DNA from: Antedon mediterranea
Taxonomy: Eukaryota > Animalia > Echinodermata
Direction of reading: 5' to 3'
Assembly: GCF_964355755.1 (NCBI RefSeq)
Contig: NC_092676.1
Location: 14,650,871 to 14,714,870 of the forward strand
DNA length: 64,000 nt
Shown: positions 25,840-39,917 of the stretch, in pieces
Position numbering within the stretch: the stretch's first letter is position 1
Layout: each line of letters begins with the position of its first letter
The notes under the pieces: generated by a model
Seen by the model: only the letters and a program-made list of their open reading frames with translations
What the model was told of the DNA's origin: nothing
Databases searched by the model: none
Translations under genes and position numbers: made by a program

Positions 25840-27554
25840 ACTTAATGTTTATTTTAGAAATAATACTAAAGGCTAAAGAAATTACTTAATTTGTTCTGCT
25901 TTGGGTGGTTATTTGTTACTAAATCAAATTTAGTGCTGAAATTAAATTAAATGGACATTAACACATTTTATAAGCACTGCTGTACACTAATTTAAATGTT
26001 AACTTTGTTATTACAACAGTACTTTTTAAATAATATAATAAATATCTATATAATAATATAGCAGAATAGTTTCTGCATTATCATTGGACATACAGTATAG
26101 TCTTTCTTTCTATTAAAAATGAATAGATCCTTTCAAATACTATTCTTGATTCTAGTAAAAAGTTTGTAAGTTTATTGTGGCAGTCTAAAAGCCAAAAGTT
26201 TAAAATATTGTTTCTTTTCAATTGCTGAATGCATGTGCATTGGATATCATGTTGTTTGATTTTTTGTTTTTAAGTTGATAAACAAATAACCATTGATAAT
26301 AGCAATAATTTAAAGTTGGCTAATTTGTTTAGGAATGGGCCATATATTGCATTTACTGTAAATTACATTTGTGCTATTTTCTTTTCATTATTTACATATT
26401 ATAATACCTTTGTCTTATTAATTAATTTGGGTAAAGTGTAATGTATCAGGTTGATTTTTTTCCCATTGATGAATTTTTGCTGAATAACTTAAAAAAACAG
26501 CTTTATTTTAGTTTATTATTGATAAACGTTTCTAATGCAATTATCTTGTGTAGATAAGTAAGATATTAGTGTATGATATTCGTGGGTAATCAGATATTAG
26601 TTTGCATTACCCTATCAACTGCGACAACATTGGAAGCAGAAGCAGAATGACCATAAAAATAAGTTATGAAATGCACTAAAATTCATTTATGTACATTTGA
26701 GGCATTTTTCCTTATTAGGAATAAAAGTTTCAGCGGTCAATTTTACACAAGAAAAATACTCTTTGTATTAGAAATTGTTACCTGGTTAGCATTTAATTGA
26801 AAATCAGTAAAATTCCTACAGTAACTTCAATTAGCAAATTGCAATTTTATGGTATAGACCAACTGAAAAGTTGGTAATCGTTGTTGCAGAATTCTTTTTT
26901 TACTGTAGTAGTTTATTATCCTCCATATATTAAAGGAAATCCTGGTGATTTATATCAAGGATGATTTACATGTTTTACAATTCAATTATCTCATGTGTAA
27001 AATGCATACTGTACCTTATAAGATTCTTAAAACATTCCAACAAAAAATTATTAGAAATAAAATTAATATAAAATATTAAAACTTATTACCAATAAAAAAA
27101 ATCTTAACAGTTAATAATAAATTTATACTTAAGAAAAAATTGTTTAAAGTGATTTTGTATAGTACTGTATGTTGTTTATGGAAAAAGTTTGAAATTTTTT
27201 GTGACAAGTGTCAATTGGGGAATTTCCCCAAGTCTCTAGTTATTGTCTTTAAAAAAAAATTTTTTGACCACCATTCGACATTTCGATTTTTGTATTGTAA
27301 ATAGGGAGGTCACACTATCCTCCAGACAACGTACGCCTGTTACACACTGTAATTCTGACTCTGAAGTCAATAAAGCAGTCATTTTGAAATTGCTATTATA
27401 TTATAATAAAAACCGTTTAAAGAGTTGTTTTCAGAGTCGCTAACCGATATTATGCACATACTAACCTCAAATTTATTTGTAAATAGGATTAATATAAATG
27501 TTATAACGAAGTATTTATAGACGAATATTCCGAAAAAAATTCTATACAAATGAT

Positions 27555-27810
27555 AGCCAATGATAATTTTTATATTCATTGTAATGGAAGTTTTTGTCAT
27601 AGGCCTAAACCTATCATAAGTTATCATAAATTAAGAAAATACGGATTTTCATTTGTTAAAAATCGCAAAAATGCTATCTCGTCGTAGTATAGAACGCTAA
27701 ATCATTCATTAAATGAAAGCCAATGATAATGTTTATATTCATTGCAATGGGGCTTTTGTCATAAACCTACCATAAGTCATAACTTCAGAAAATGCTGATT
27801 TTCATTCATC
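27555..27810. repeat. Diverged direct repeat of about 90 bp (copies start near 27556 and 27718)
   Basis: agccaatgataat.tttatattcattg.aatgg...ttttgtcata[ggccta]aaccta.cataag...gattttcatt occurs twice. Confidence 0.8.
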
Positions 27811-28753
27811 TATATATCAATTTACGTAAGCGCAAAATTTGGTAAATCGCGCGTTACTTCTAGAATGTTTACTATATGGTATATACAATTGGTTTGTACT
27901 ATCGGTACTGTTTTTAACCACCTGGTGTAGCCCTGTTTACTAATAAACTTAAGTTAGATAGGTTCAACAGTTTTCCCCAAATAAGAGTGTTTTCGATCGT
28001 GGTATACACTGTCTAATGGATGTCCATCTTGAAAAATACCCGCACACAATAATACGAGGATTTGAATTTACATACAGTATCTCCTACTACGATAATTGTT
28101 TTTAATAACTGAAAACTGGTTGAACAGCTCAAGTTGGAGTTGTTTTCTTAGATTATACTATAGACTACTTTCTTAGATTATATCTAAGACTATTTTGATA
28201 GATTTAATAATATACGTTTATACAAATGTATTGATTTGCGATGAATGAAACATTCCAATCTTTCAGTCTCTCCCAGTATAATTATTTGGTTTAACACAAG
28301 TAGCTAAATGTATTGGCCCTTGGAGGATAAACTTAAAACCCTTAGATTTAGTATTGCAATACTTTGACAATACTGTAAATACGTATTAACCATTTTTGGT
28401 CGCAATCGCAAATTTCTTACGAGTACTGTTTATATATAAGCACGTATACAAATAAACTTTATTACTGTGAGTGTGGGTAGGCCCTGCTGTTAGATTATAA
28501 CACATAATATACAAATAAACTTTATTACAGACAGTTACTTCTCAACGTTTGTATAAATTAATAATTACAACTAAATATAAACGTCATAGTGGTGTATCGT
28601 TACATGTACTTTACTTTTTCAATCAACTATGACAGTGACAGTTTTAAAAAAAGTATTAAATTGCAAATGTTTTACTGTATTTATTGGTATATTATTTATA
28701 GGCCTATAAAACATGAAAAAATATTTCGTTACTGAGTGGATAAAGAATATATT

Positions 28754-29369
28754 TAAACAAGAAATATTTCTTACAAAAAAACGCTGCTCGCTTATTGAAA
28801 AATATTTTTTATTTCAAATGTTTTTGAATGTGTCATTTTATTGTCACATAATAGTTATTTTACCTGAAAAAAAATGTAATTTAAAGCAACAAATACTTAA
28901 ATCGTCTGTCAGACAATGGTTTTGGGATTTCTTTTCTCTTTTTATATGTGAATAAATATAATTTTTTTTATTACAGAAGTGAATACTCAATTTCTGTCAC
29001 TTTAGTTAATTTTATTGCTAAGGTCAAGTCTGGGGGTCACTTCATCACCCTAGATATTTCAAGTGTGAAGTATCCTATTACAAACACAAACTTTAATGGA
29101 CTGTTTCGATAATAATTCAATGAATATCTGACAGTGAATATACCAGAAATGCTTTGGTATTTGTAATTTTAGCATGACATGTCCTAATAGACTCTTTTCC
29201 CAGACGTTTTTTGGGTCTATTTTAGCAGCTGGAATCAATAAAGTATATTAATAGTGGAGTTTCTATTTTCGCAAAACTTTCGTCCTTAGAACTATAACTG
29301 CTGCTTGCTTTAGCTTCTGATTGAGTAGTCCTAATGGGACGTAGCGGGCTAGAGCAGCAGCGTGAAAAT
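28754..29369. mobile_element. HINE-like interspersed repeat, copy 1 (second copy at 62290-62675)
   Basis: taaacaag...cgctgctcgcttattg head, shared body, and gacgtagcgggctagagcagcagcgtgaaaa tail, all also present at 62290-62675. Confidence 0.75.
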
Positions 29370-29689
29370 TGTTTCTCTTTGTACCCATCCTCTTTCCCAT
29401 CCCCCAACCCAAATGTTACATACAAACACAAATTGGGTTTGTTTAAATGAATCCAAAATGTGGACTTATTTTGTGCAAGTTTCTCTTTCGGAAGTAATTC
29501 CTAGGAGGATAATTTTATTTGACTACATATAGACTGGGCGCCCAGAAAGTTCATTCATGTAAAAAGCCACAAAAGGTTTGATGGGCTTATTATTATTTAA
29601 ATATGGCTTAGATTCAATAATCAATATTGCTGCCGGGTACATTTTCCCTGGGAATACCAAATAGGAGGGGTAAAAAATCGATTTAATCA

Positions 29690-32423
29690 TGTGAAAAGCC
29701 ACACTTATATCGTTCAAATTGAATCAGTATTTTTTTGAAATTTTACTCCCCAAAACAAAACCAATTTTAATTGGAAATATTTATCGACCCCCGAATGACA
29801 ATTGTTTTCTCGACAACGTTGAAAATACTTTGCCGAATATTAAACCAGATTACGAATTCATTATTATGGGGGATTTAAATATTAATTATAATGATAAAAC
29901 CTCGGCTCTTCTAAACAAATTGTTAAATCTTTTACGGTTGTTCAAATGTCAACAACTTATTAATAAGCCAACTAGAGTTACAAGTAAAACAAATACGATT
30001 ATAGATCACGTAATTTGTATACCAACCCTGATATCTCAGTTTGGCACTATAGATCTTGGAATAAGTGACCATGTTCTTATTTATTGTACACGGAAAATTT
30101 TGCGAATTTCTATTAATAAACAAAATAATGTAACAATTAGGTCTCTAAGGAAATACACTACCACCGCGTTTATATCTAAGCTATCAGATATTGATTGGTC
30201 AAGTATGTATAATCTTGCTGATTGTTAATCTTGCTTGGTTAAATTTTAAGTGAATAATGAATAATGCTATTGACGAGATTGCCACTTTAAAAGAGGTAAG
30301 ACTAAAAAATAGAACCGAACCATGGATAGACGATACAATCCTACAAAATATTCGTCACCGTGACACATTTATTGAGGAAGGTTAAAAGACATAGAAATGA
30401 CGAAAAAATATATTCTGATTTCTGCAGAGACATTAAGTGCGCGAAAGATAAATATTTTAGTAAAAACTTAGTAAAATCTCTGGGATATAGGCCTAGTCAG
30501 AAAACAAAGTCCTCACCCCTAATTGTTTTAAATATAGAAGATAAAGTTTGCTTTGATAACAATAAAGTCGCAGAACACTTCAATAGATTCTTCACTAGCG
30601 TGTCAAATGATCTACCTAGTAAACTCTCTAACGACAGTGCACGTTATAATACGGAATCAGTTAAATTCAAACAATTTTATGAAAGAAGGGTGGTGTCCAA
30701 AAATAATATGAACCTAATCACCGTTACAGAGGAATTCATTCCTGCGCGATTCTTGTGCGATTGTGCAATAGCCATTAAAAGTCCTATCGCACACATTATA
30801 ATGTATCAATTCAAACCGAAACCGTGCCAGATGACCTCATAATTGCACGGGTACATCCGGTTTAAAAAAAAAACATATAACGGACTATATTTGCACAGAA
30901 ATGTCAAATTGCAACTATACTGTTATGGTAGCGCTAGACCTCCAAAAAGCGTTTGACACAGCTGACCATAGCATTTTTATCCGTAAACTGGTAGAAATGG
31001 GTATAGGATCGACTCAATGGTTCAAATCGTATCTGTATAACAGAAAACAGTTAGTAGTGTAAACAATGTTAACTCTAGCTTACTCCCTGTAACATGTGGT
31101 GTCCCACAGGGAAGTATATTAGGCCCACTTCTGTTCCTCCTATGTTACATCAATGATATGCCGACTAGTGGTAACTGTAAACTTTATGCCGATGATATAG
31201 TATCCTGATGGTTTCTGGAAAGGATCCGAACTTGTTGGCCAAAAAACTAAGCACTGAATTAAAATCTTGTAACGAGTGGCTAATTGATAATAAGCTATCA
31301 ATTCACTTAGGAAAAACAGAGGCGATAGCCTACTATTTGGTTCCAAATTTAAATTAAAGGAGGCCACTGATTTCTCAATTCACTGCAATGGTGTGTCAAT
31401 AAAAGAATCCTCTTCCATAAACTACCTTGGTATACCATTAGATCAATCTTTGTCGGGCGAAAACATCGTTAATGCAGTCGTTAAAAAGATTACGGCAAGG
31501 AAGACAACGATTTGTTGATCTATGCAGTTACTCAATGTAATTTTTATTTTGCATGTTCATCATGGTATTCTGCTACTACAAAGAAATGTAAAAATAAGTT
31601 AAAAGTCATGCAAAACAATATGGTTAGATGTATTTTAAGTGAAAGAGTAAGAATCCATATTGGACAGAAAGAGTTGAATAAACTATGATTATTAAATGTC
31701 GAAGAAAGAGTTACTCAAATAAAGTTAAATACAGTGCATAAGATTTTAAACAATTCCACTCCCTCGTATTTAATTGAATATGTTGATAAGGTGTGACCAA
31801 CATAGCCATGGCACACGACAAAGTGAATTCAACTTTATTCCGCCAAAAGCATCTAAAGCTATCGATGTAACTTTTTATGCTACAGCCATTAATGACTGGA
31901 ACAAATTAACAAACGGTATAAAAAACACCATGAGTGTTGGGATATTTAGAAAACTGGTTAAAGAACAAAAGGGAAAAACCGGTAAATATATAGAATAAAA
32001 TAATTTAAATCACAATACAATACTACAGGACCCCAACGGAAATAAACCTAGGTAATTGGTTTTTTGGGCTATCCTGTTCGAAATCAACTTTACTGTTTTA
32101 TTCTTAATGTTCATTTATTCTCCTGCTTACTTTTTAACTGAACGCTTTTTAATATTCTTTTGTCTTTGTTTGTTATACTTGTATTTATTATGAATTTTTA
32201 ACTATGGTATTGAACGGTATTCTGTTTGAATGCTGTTTTTTATGCCATTCTAAAACCATTTTAAAGCAAATTTTAGACATTTGCATTGTTTTACATTGTT
32301 CTTAACATTTTATCCTTCTTTTTAATTGAGAGTCTTAAGTTTTAACTTTCTGTATTGTACATTGTTATGTAATCATGTATTGTATTTTGATCTTGACCGA
32401 ATATATGAATGAATGAATGAATA
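29690..32423 (+). mobile_element. Decayed CR1/L2-group LINE (APE endonuclease, RT, 3'UTR)
   Basis: IGNIYRPP, IIMGDLNIN, PTRVT...[40 protein letters not shown]; ends in (gaat)n. Confidence 0.9.
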
Positions 32424-32519
32424 GTGCATGCGCAGCCTATATAGCCACATGTTGTAGTTAACACCGGCGCGTGCGCAGTGTGGATTTAGTAAGCCTACAC
32501 AGAGTGGCGGCCGCAACAT

Positions 32520-33398
32520 CTACAAACCAAACATTTGCTTAGCCGCCATTCTGAATTCAGTAAGCCTAAACCAATAGATGATAGGGTTGGCCAATGAGTT
32601 TATCGCCATCAAAGAAAATGTAATATATTGTCATTACAGTTCCCTGTATATTACTATCACCATAGTAATAACTACTCGTCGTAATATGTACACATATGCA
32701 CCCCCATGTAAAAATAAGCACTCCCACTCTATTATTGAAAAAGTTTTAAGCATTCTTTTAGACGCTTTCACTTTATGGGTAGACAAGGGGATGCTTCTCC
32801 TGTGTTTTACAACACTTCAATAAATCGCTATATAAATAACTGTATTCAGTGTTATATATGTAAAAAGTATTGTCGGAAAGCAGAAAACACATTGTGTATG
32901 AGAAAGAAGTAGCGAAAGTCCACACTGACTTACTATTGTTACTATAACAGATATTGTGCAAGTTTTCTTGGTGACAATAAGATGATATTTCATCGGCGCC
33001 CAAACGAGTGCAATATAACGGTCAATATCGATACAGGCTATACTGCAAATAGAAATTAAGAAGAACGCATGCGCTAGAACCTGAATAAAGCAATAATATA
33101 CATTTTGGATTTGTATTGTAATAAACAAGAACATCAGTATATAAAACAAAAAACTACAAGCGTCACAAAAAGCCAATAAAGTTATAAACACGTTTTGTTT
33201 CTTGCGAAGTTTCTTGTTTCTAAGTATTAATGCCACAACAAACATGTTTAAAACGAAAGAAGTCATACATACTACGTAGTGGGTGGGTATTGCATAGGCA
33301 TAGAATGGGTTCATGCTTATGACGTCACGAACTTCATCTATCCACCTGATAGTATCAGCACACAGGGTACTATTTTCAAAATAATTTTGAGATTCCAT
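32520..33398 (-). pseudogene. Rhodopsin-class GPCR pseudogene 1
   Basis: LLAFCDA, IDRYIALVWAPMKYH and NSLANPIIYWFRLTEFR motifs. In-frame TGA at 32817-32819 and further stops before TM7. Confidence 0.88.
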
Positions 33399-33702
33399 TG
33401 TTTGGCATGCACAGGACTTCCAGAAGCTTTGTTGATACGACAACATATATCCTTCACTGATCGTTCGAGTAATATTGCATTCCTTATATCAAACACGGTA
33501 CAAACACACGCATACAAACATTATAGAATACCAAGGTTATTAAAACATATAATTAATAACTATACAGTTAACGATTGTTTGACTAGCTGATTACGCAAAC
33601 ATTCATTGAATTATTGGACAGTTTTACTAAGTAGACCATTAAGAAAAGCATTATTACTTTGAAAATTAACTGTCAATCTTGGATAACGACCATGTGAATT
33701 TC

Positions 33703-34455
33703 AGTTCCGCCTGAGTTAGTCTGACAACTTACTTCCAATCAGAAGATCCTTTTTGGTGTTGAGAGGTCTGATACAACTTACTTCCAAACAAATTCCCTCT
33801 GAGTTTGTCTGACAACCTACTTCCAATCAGAAGTTCTTTTTTGGTGTTGAGAGGTCTGATACAACTTACTTCCAAACACTTCCGTCTGAGTTAATCTGAC
33901 AACTTACTTCCAATCAGAAGTTCCTTTTTGGTGTTGTAAGGTCTGATACAACTTACTTCCAAACAGTTCCGTCTGAGTTAGTCTGACAACTTACTTCCAA
34001 TCTAGAAGTTCTTTTTTTGGTGTTGTAAGGTCTGATACAACTTACTTCCAAACATTTCCCTTTGAGCTAGCCTGACAACTTACTTCCAATCAGAAGTTCC
34101 TTTTTGGTGTTGAGAGGTCTGACACAACTTACTTCCAAAAATTTTCGTCTGAGTTAATCTCACAACTTACTTTCAATCAGAAGTTCCTTTTTGGCGTTGT
34201 AAGGTCTGATACAACTTACTTCCAAACAGTTCCCTTTGAGTTAGCCTGACAACTTATTTCCAATCAGAAGTTCTTTTTTTGGTGCTGAGAGGTCTGATAC
34301 AACTTACTTCCAAACAGTTCCCTCTGAGTTAGCCTGATAACTTACTTCCAATCAGAAGATCCTTTTTGGTGTTATAAGGTCTGATACAACTTACTTCCAA
34401 ACACTTCCGTCTGAGTTAAGTCTGACAACTTACTTCCAATCAGAAGTTCCTTTTT
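33703..34455. repeat. About 91-bp minisatellite, about 8 copies, dimeric unit
   Basis: Unit tgagttagtctgacaacttacttccaatcagaagttcctttttggtgttgagaggtctgatacaacttacttccaaacagttcc contains acaacttacttccaa twice. Confidence 0.92.
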
Positions 34456-34806
34456 ACTCGGGGTACCCGAGTATAGGACTTACTCATTTTCTCCTCTTCT
34501 TCTTCTTCTTCTTCCATCTGGACACTATTGAGTAAAAAGTGCGATTTTTAAAGTACTACTCCTCCCTTATTAGTTGTAGTATTGAGCTGGGATTTGGCAT
34601 GAATATACTACAGGGACATGTCCTAAAATCTATAGAGCCGGATTTTTAAATTTCAGACCGGATGCAGCCATATCACGTCTCGAAGATGGTACCGTATAGC
34701 CGTATTTGGTAGCGCGGTTATTGATGTGTATGTGACGTTACATCCGTTCTTATGACGTCATTACAGCTTCTTTCGCTGTACCCCGAGTATTGCACATTCG
34801 TGCTTG
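34456..34806 (+). mobile_element. HINE/DINE-1-like element
   Basis: Subterminal inverted repeat actcggggtac...gtaccccgagt, 5' palindrome, (ctt)n microsatellite, 3' hairpin gcac-attc-gtgc; inserted in a T-run. Confidence 0.8.
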
Positions 34807-35129
34807 TTTTTACTGACATTTCAGGTTTGATTGACAGCTTTACTAAGTACACCATTAAGAAAGGCATATTACTTTGAAAATTAACTGTCAATCTTGGATA
34901 ACGATCATGTGACTTCGAAACAGTTCCATCTGAGTTCCTTTTTGGTGTTGAGTGTTAGCCTGACAACTTACTTCCAATCAGAAGATCTTTAGTGCTGAGT
35001 TCCGTCTGGTGATGAACCTTACTTATATAGGCCTACCACATATACAATACAATAAGAGGCCCACTGTTTACATGACGCCCTATTATTAAATTAATAGACG
35101 GCTGTGTAAATGTGTTGCTACTTTCAGTC

Positions 35130-35980
35130 TATATTTGTCCACAACAAGTTATTTGGTGCATTGCTTTTTTGTCGAAATCAGTAAATAATTGGGTTAATGA
35201 GAGAATTACATGTCATTAAAACGTAGTTGAAATGAAATATAGTCACAGATCATAAATAATGTCTTTAAATATCATAACAATGTTGGTAAAACAAATTATT
35301 CCCCACGTCAAGATGAGAACACCGACTATAATCGAAAATGTTGTTAACATTTGATTCGATTTATCTAATGTATGCAAAGATATTGGAATCTTGCTCCTAT
35401 TGTGCCGGATACTTCTGTATATAGGGCGGATTCAACACAATATACGTTGATACAAGTAACGGAAAGCAGAAAATGCACTCGTCGACAAAATTGAGAAATT
35501 GGGCAATGACCGTACTGATCACAGTTATAGTGCAAGTTTTCTTGGTAACAACAAGATGATATTTCATCGGCGCCCAAGCGAGTGCAATATAACGGTCAAT
35601 AGCGATATATGCAATAGAACAAATAGCTATTAAAAACATTGCATGTGATAAAAACCAGAAAAAACATAAATTATTATTGTCTTTTGAAATTAGTTCGAAA
35701 AGTAGGCCTACAATGTAAAATATAGAACCCATAGCGTCAGCGACAGCTAACAAACTTTAAAGACATTCTGTTTCTTGCGAAGTTTCTTCGTTGAACAAAT
35801 TAACAATACAACCACACTGTTTGTCAGAAATGATATAAAACAAAAAGCGTAGAATATCGGTACGCGTAAAGAAAGAACGGTTCGGTATTAAGATTATTTG
35901 AAATGAATTATTTACGCGTGGCGAGTAAAGGCAACTCACAAGCACTATCGAGCATGTTTGCAAACGTATTCAAGAAACAT
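35130..35980 (-). pseudogene. Rhodopsin-class GPCR pseudogene 2
   Basis: LAVADA, AIDRYIALAWAPMKYH and NSLINPIIY motifs with multiple frameshifts. Confidence 0.85.
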
Positions 35981-36374
35981 TTTATATAATAACGTTATTC
36001 TCACTTAAAACTCTCCTATGTTCTTTTCTGTGTCTCTGCCTTTTTCTATGCCGTATGTACTAAATGCTTATAATATGCCTACCGTGTAACTCAGACCAAA
36101 TACTTCAGCAAACATGTCGAGTTGCGTCAACTAAAATCAGATCGCAGAAATTTATCTATAAGTTATTGAATCCGTCCGTCTAACATTACTTGATGTTGCG
36201 TACATCACGTGTTACACACTTGATATGGTACTTTTCTAATTGACAGCCTTAATTAACATTAATATACCATGTCAAATATTGATCTACGTCGTCGATCAAT
36301 AAAAAGTTTAGTAATATCAAATTATACTTTAATGTTGCAAACGACAATATAAAACAACGAACGCCATTCATCTT

Positions 36375-36515
36375 AAAGTTTGCGTCCCAGTAGTGACGCA
36401 ACGCAAGGACGTAACGTAACATAAGTGATTTGACCAATCACAAGCGATGAATTTTGCGAACTGTGGCTTGTCAATGATCAACTCGTTTGCGTTGCGTTGC
36501 GTCGCTGGTGTGACC
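36375..36515. mobile_element. Short palindromic MITE family (other copies near 37310-37430 and 41255-41385)
   Basis: acgcaacgcaagg...tgaccaatcac...cgaactg...gtcaactcg...ttgcgttgcgt recurs three times with inverted ends. Confidence 0.7.
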
Positions 36516-36920
36516 GATTACAAATTATTGTTTTATTAAAGTTCACACAATCTATACAGCGAATCGATTATGATGAAGGTCATTAATAAAGTTTGAGTGA
36601 CGTTTTAATCACAGCAAATTGTTGTTCTAATGTAAAAACAACAGTTTTGATTAGGACTTTAATTAATAAGTCTTTTAATACCATGCGTTTGAGTACATGT
36701 TCTTACCGGCTACCAAGTAAGTGTTGGCTTATGGTTTTAAGGCAGTTGTGTTCCTTACTCCCAACACAAATCACAATTTATTCTCTAGTTTTAATATAAT
36801 AACTCTATGGTGTGCGTTACTCCAGCACAATAACAGTTTCTCTAGTTTTAATATAAAATATCAACAAAAAAACATTAATATTACTAATAATCAATTATTA
36901 TTATGCATGCTTTCAAATCG

Positions 36921-37163
36921 TATGGCGCGTCGAAGTGTCATTTATTCGGGAAAAAAAATATCTTAGTTTTATATCTATCTATATCTATTAATAGAGATAT
37001 CTCTATTAAAAACTAAGATATCTCTATTTAAAACTAAGATATCTCTATTTAAAACTAAGATATCTCTATTTAAACTAAGATATCTCTATTTAAAACTAAG
37101 ATATCTCTATTAAAATCCATAATACCTCTATTGCTTGAATAAATGACAGCTTGGCGCGCCATA
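36921..37163. mobile_element. MITE containing an internal 21-bp tandem array
   Basis: TIR tatggcgcg..aag.tgtcatttattc...gaataaatgacagcttggcgcgccata. Internal atctctatttaaaactaagat about 5 times plus one inverted copy. Confidence 0.78.
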
Positions 37164-37689
37164 ATATCGTCACTATTTTTTGTTTCCATTTCAAACCTAT
37201 AATCCGTTTTTATACATTCTTATCTGAGTCATATTTTATTTCGAAACTCAACCAACAGCAAATCAACAATAACTTAATTATTTTGTAAGCCTCGTTCTCA
37301 TTGTTAAGACCCAACGCAGGAGAGCGTAACGCAAGTAATTTGACCAATCACAACGATGCATTATTCGAACTGTCGCTTGTCATTGGTCAACTCGCTTGCG
37401 TTGCGTGCGCGTGTCCAAGTGTGAACCAAGATGTATGCTTTGCTTCAGATTTCAGATTCAGATTTCACATTTAATTTTATTTGACAATGGAAATAGTATA
37501 AGTACATTTTCAACATTAAATTCTAAAATGTATATTAATAAAATTATAACTATATAACAAACATTTAAACATACTTGAGATATATTTTTTTTAAACAATC
37601 AATATTTTAAAACAGACATAAAATACCACAGTAAGCAACATATAAGAACATAAAAAATATTATAATATTACTTTATACTGCATGGTTCC

Positions 37690-38230
37690 AATAATTAGTT
37701 CAAATATGAAAATAATAAAAATAAAAAGGAAGTGTTAATTATCAGATATAGCAAATATAACAGAGGTAAATATGGGATACCTACGTTAGCTACAATTATC
37801 TGCATTACTATGACTGCTATAACCGAAAATACACATGTTTTCTTAGTAACTATAATATGATATTTCATCGGCGCATACACTAGTGCGATATAACGGTCAA
37901 TAGCTATACATGCAGTTGATGGAATTGACACTAACATTTGATTGATATAGTTAATACAATGAAAGTGTACTCATAGTACAATACTCTTATTGTCAAAAAT
38001 ACATAGGTTAGAATAATACAGATTGAAGATGTGGCATCGGCGAATGCTAGCAAACTGATGAAAACGTTCTGTTTCTTACGAAGTCCCTTCCTGGTCATAA
38101 TCAGTACGGAATGAACCAATTTGCTACGAATGAGACCGCACATAACGTGTACAGAAGCGGCAACCCGTATACAAAAAAAGTATAGGAGTTTATTGAAGAA
38201 ATAATCGAGATGAGTAATATTGGTAAACAT
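37690..38230 (-). pseudogene. Rhodopsin-class GPCR pseudogene 3 (TM1-TM5, truncated)
   Basis: LRKKQNVFISLLAFADA, a frameshift near 37935, then CIAIDRYIALVYAPMKYH. No TM6 or TM7 found. Confidence 0.82.
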
Positions 38231-38255
38231 TTTTCTTCTCTGTTGTTCCTATAGG

Positions 38256-39197
38256 CTATTGTCTGTTTTTATTCCGCGGATGCGGGAATTGTGAAACCAT
38301 GGGCTTCTTCTTTTTTAGTGCTCTTAGGTGGGCTTCTTTTCGAGATGGGCTTCTTTTCGAGATGGGCTTCTTTTTGCAAACTGTAGAGGGGGGGGGGGGG
38401 GGTTTCTTTTCGAAATGAATGCTGTAAATTTTGTGAATTTCTACTATACAATTAATATGACTTTTGAGACATTTTTTTAACCATGTAATTATGTTTAGGC
38501 CTATTATACCAATTAAAAAAAATATAAAAAGAAAAAAAACAGTCCTATAATTCACCGTCAAAAATACAATCATTTCGTTATCATTGTCGTCATTGTCGAT
38601 GGCATCTCATATCCAACCAACTCTTCGACGTTTACTTCTTTGTTTACAGAACCATAAGGGCTACATTTATCCCACACTTTCTGAACGACCGAATTTGCGA
38701 GCGATGGATTTGTGTTCATCATGGACCAGGCATTGCCAACCCACTTTGTTATAAGAATTCGCCTATCGCTAGCGCATATCACCTAATCATCGAGGTTATC
38801 AATTATTATTACGAAGCAGACAAGAAAAAGATACAAGATGCGATCAAAGCACCATTTGGACGAAAATAAACACGATCATACATATTAATTATTATCCTTA
38901 GTCTGCATCACAAGCATCAAAATTATCCTACTACAGTAACTCTTAATCACGTGTTTGTATTTTTTATTTCTGTTCCTTTGACGTTCAGTTAATAAACCTA
39001 CATTCTTAATACAGTATAGTATTAGTAGTCTATCTCGAAAAGAAGCCCATACTATCTTGAAAAGAAGCCCAAGGGGGCTTCATTTCGAGATGGACTTCTT
39101 TTCGAGACTACTTTTGCAAACTGTAGAGGAGGGCTTCTTTTCGAGATGGGCTTCTTTAGGTTTAAGTCCATGGGCTTCTTTTCGAGGTTTTACGGTA
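38256..39197 (-). mobile_element. pogo/Tigger-like (DDE_1) DNA transposon remnant
   Basis: Terminus ttttacggta, subterminal gatgggcttcttttcga repeats at both ends, and residual peptide ASDRRILITKWVGNAW. Confidence 0.7.
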
Positions 39198-39333
39198 TTA
39201 CAGTTGTAATCGTCACCATGTCATCGAAAATGTCATTGATAATGTTGGTCACACATTAAAACATGAGATGATATCAATCTCGAACTAGACATAAAGTCGA
39301 CTTTTGTTCTCAGCATGCGTTTTCCAACCGAGA

Positions 39334-39740
39334 TCACGTTATAGTTTGACGCACGTGTTGTGACACGCATTTAACTTTGTGTTTTTGATGTTTCTCTGCT
39401 TTCTTGAAATCGCTAAGTCGAAACCAGTAAATGATTGGGTTCGCGATCAAGTTAAGAGCCGTACATAAAAAACTAAAATAATATAGTAAGATAGAAGATA
39501 AAGCAAAGTAATTGGAAATGATAAACGTATCGACGCTGAATATGAATGTTAACCCACAGGCTAAATCAAATATGACCACTATAATGCAACAAGTTTTAAA
39601 CATTTTGTTAGACTCATCACCTCCTCCGCCGCCCGCTATGCGTCGATTCCGAAAGAATTCGTCTGTGTTTCTGTATGCTTACGTAAATGACTATATCATC
39701 ACTGTATTTATGATCATATATGTAAAATAATGTGTAGGAC
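39334..39740 (-). pseudogene. GPCR fragment 4 (TM5-TM7 only)
   Basis: KMFKTCCIIVVIFDLACGL...NLIANPIIYWFRLSDFKKA. The 5' half is absent. Confidence 0.8.
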
Positions 39741-39917
39741 TAGTCTATAATATTTTCGCCCGCGCATTAATTATTGAAAAGTCTACACCTCCCTTCTCTC
39801 TTAATTATGTGTAACAGATCCTGGTAGCTCCTTGATTGATTGATCATTCTTCTTTTCACAAATTTAAACTGGGTTTAAATTTGATCAAACTGTATTAGGC
39901 TATAAATGCATCCGTCT

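Noticed and set aside
32817-32819. In-frame TGA in GPCR copy 1 as selenocysteine or readthrough
   Set aside because: Further stops follow in the same frame, and a CGA to TGA transition in a pseudogene is the simpler explanation.
33703-34455. CRISPR-like alternation of the constant acaacttacttccaa with intervening sequence
   Set aside because: The intervening sequences are themselves repeated, so this is a dimeric minisatellite without unique spacers.
38256-38573. Lys/Pro-rich ORFs
   Set aside because: They are translations of subterminal repeats and a poly-G run in a pogo-like element.
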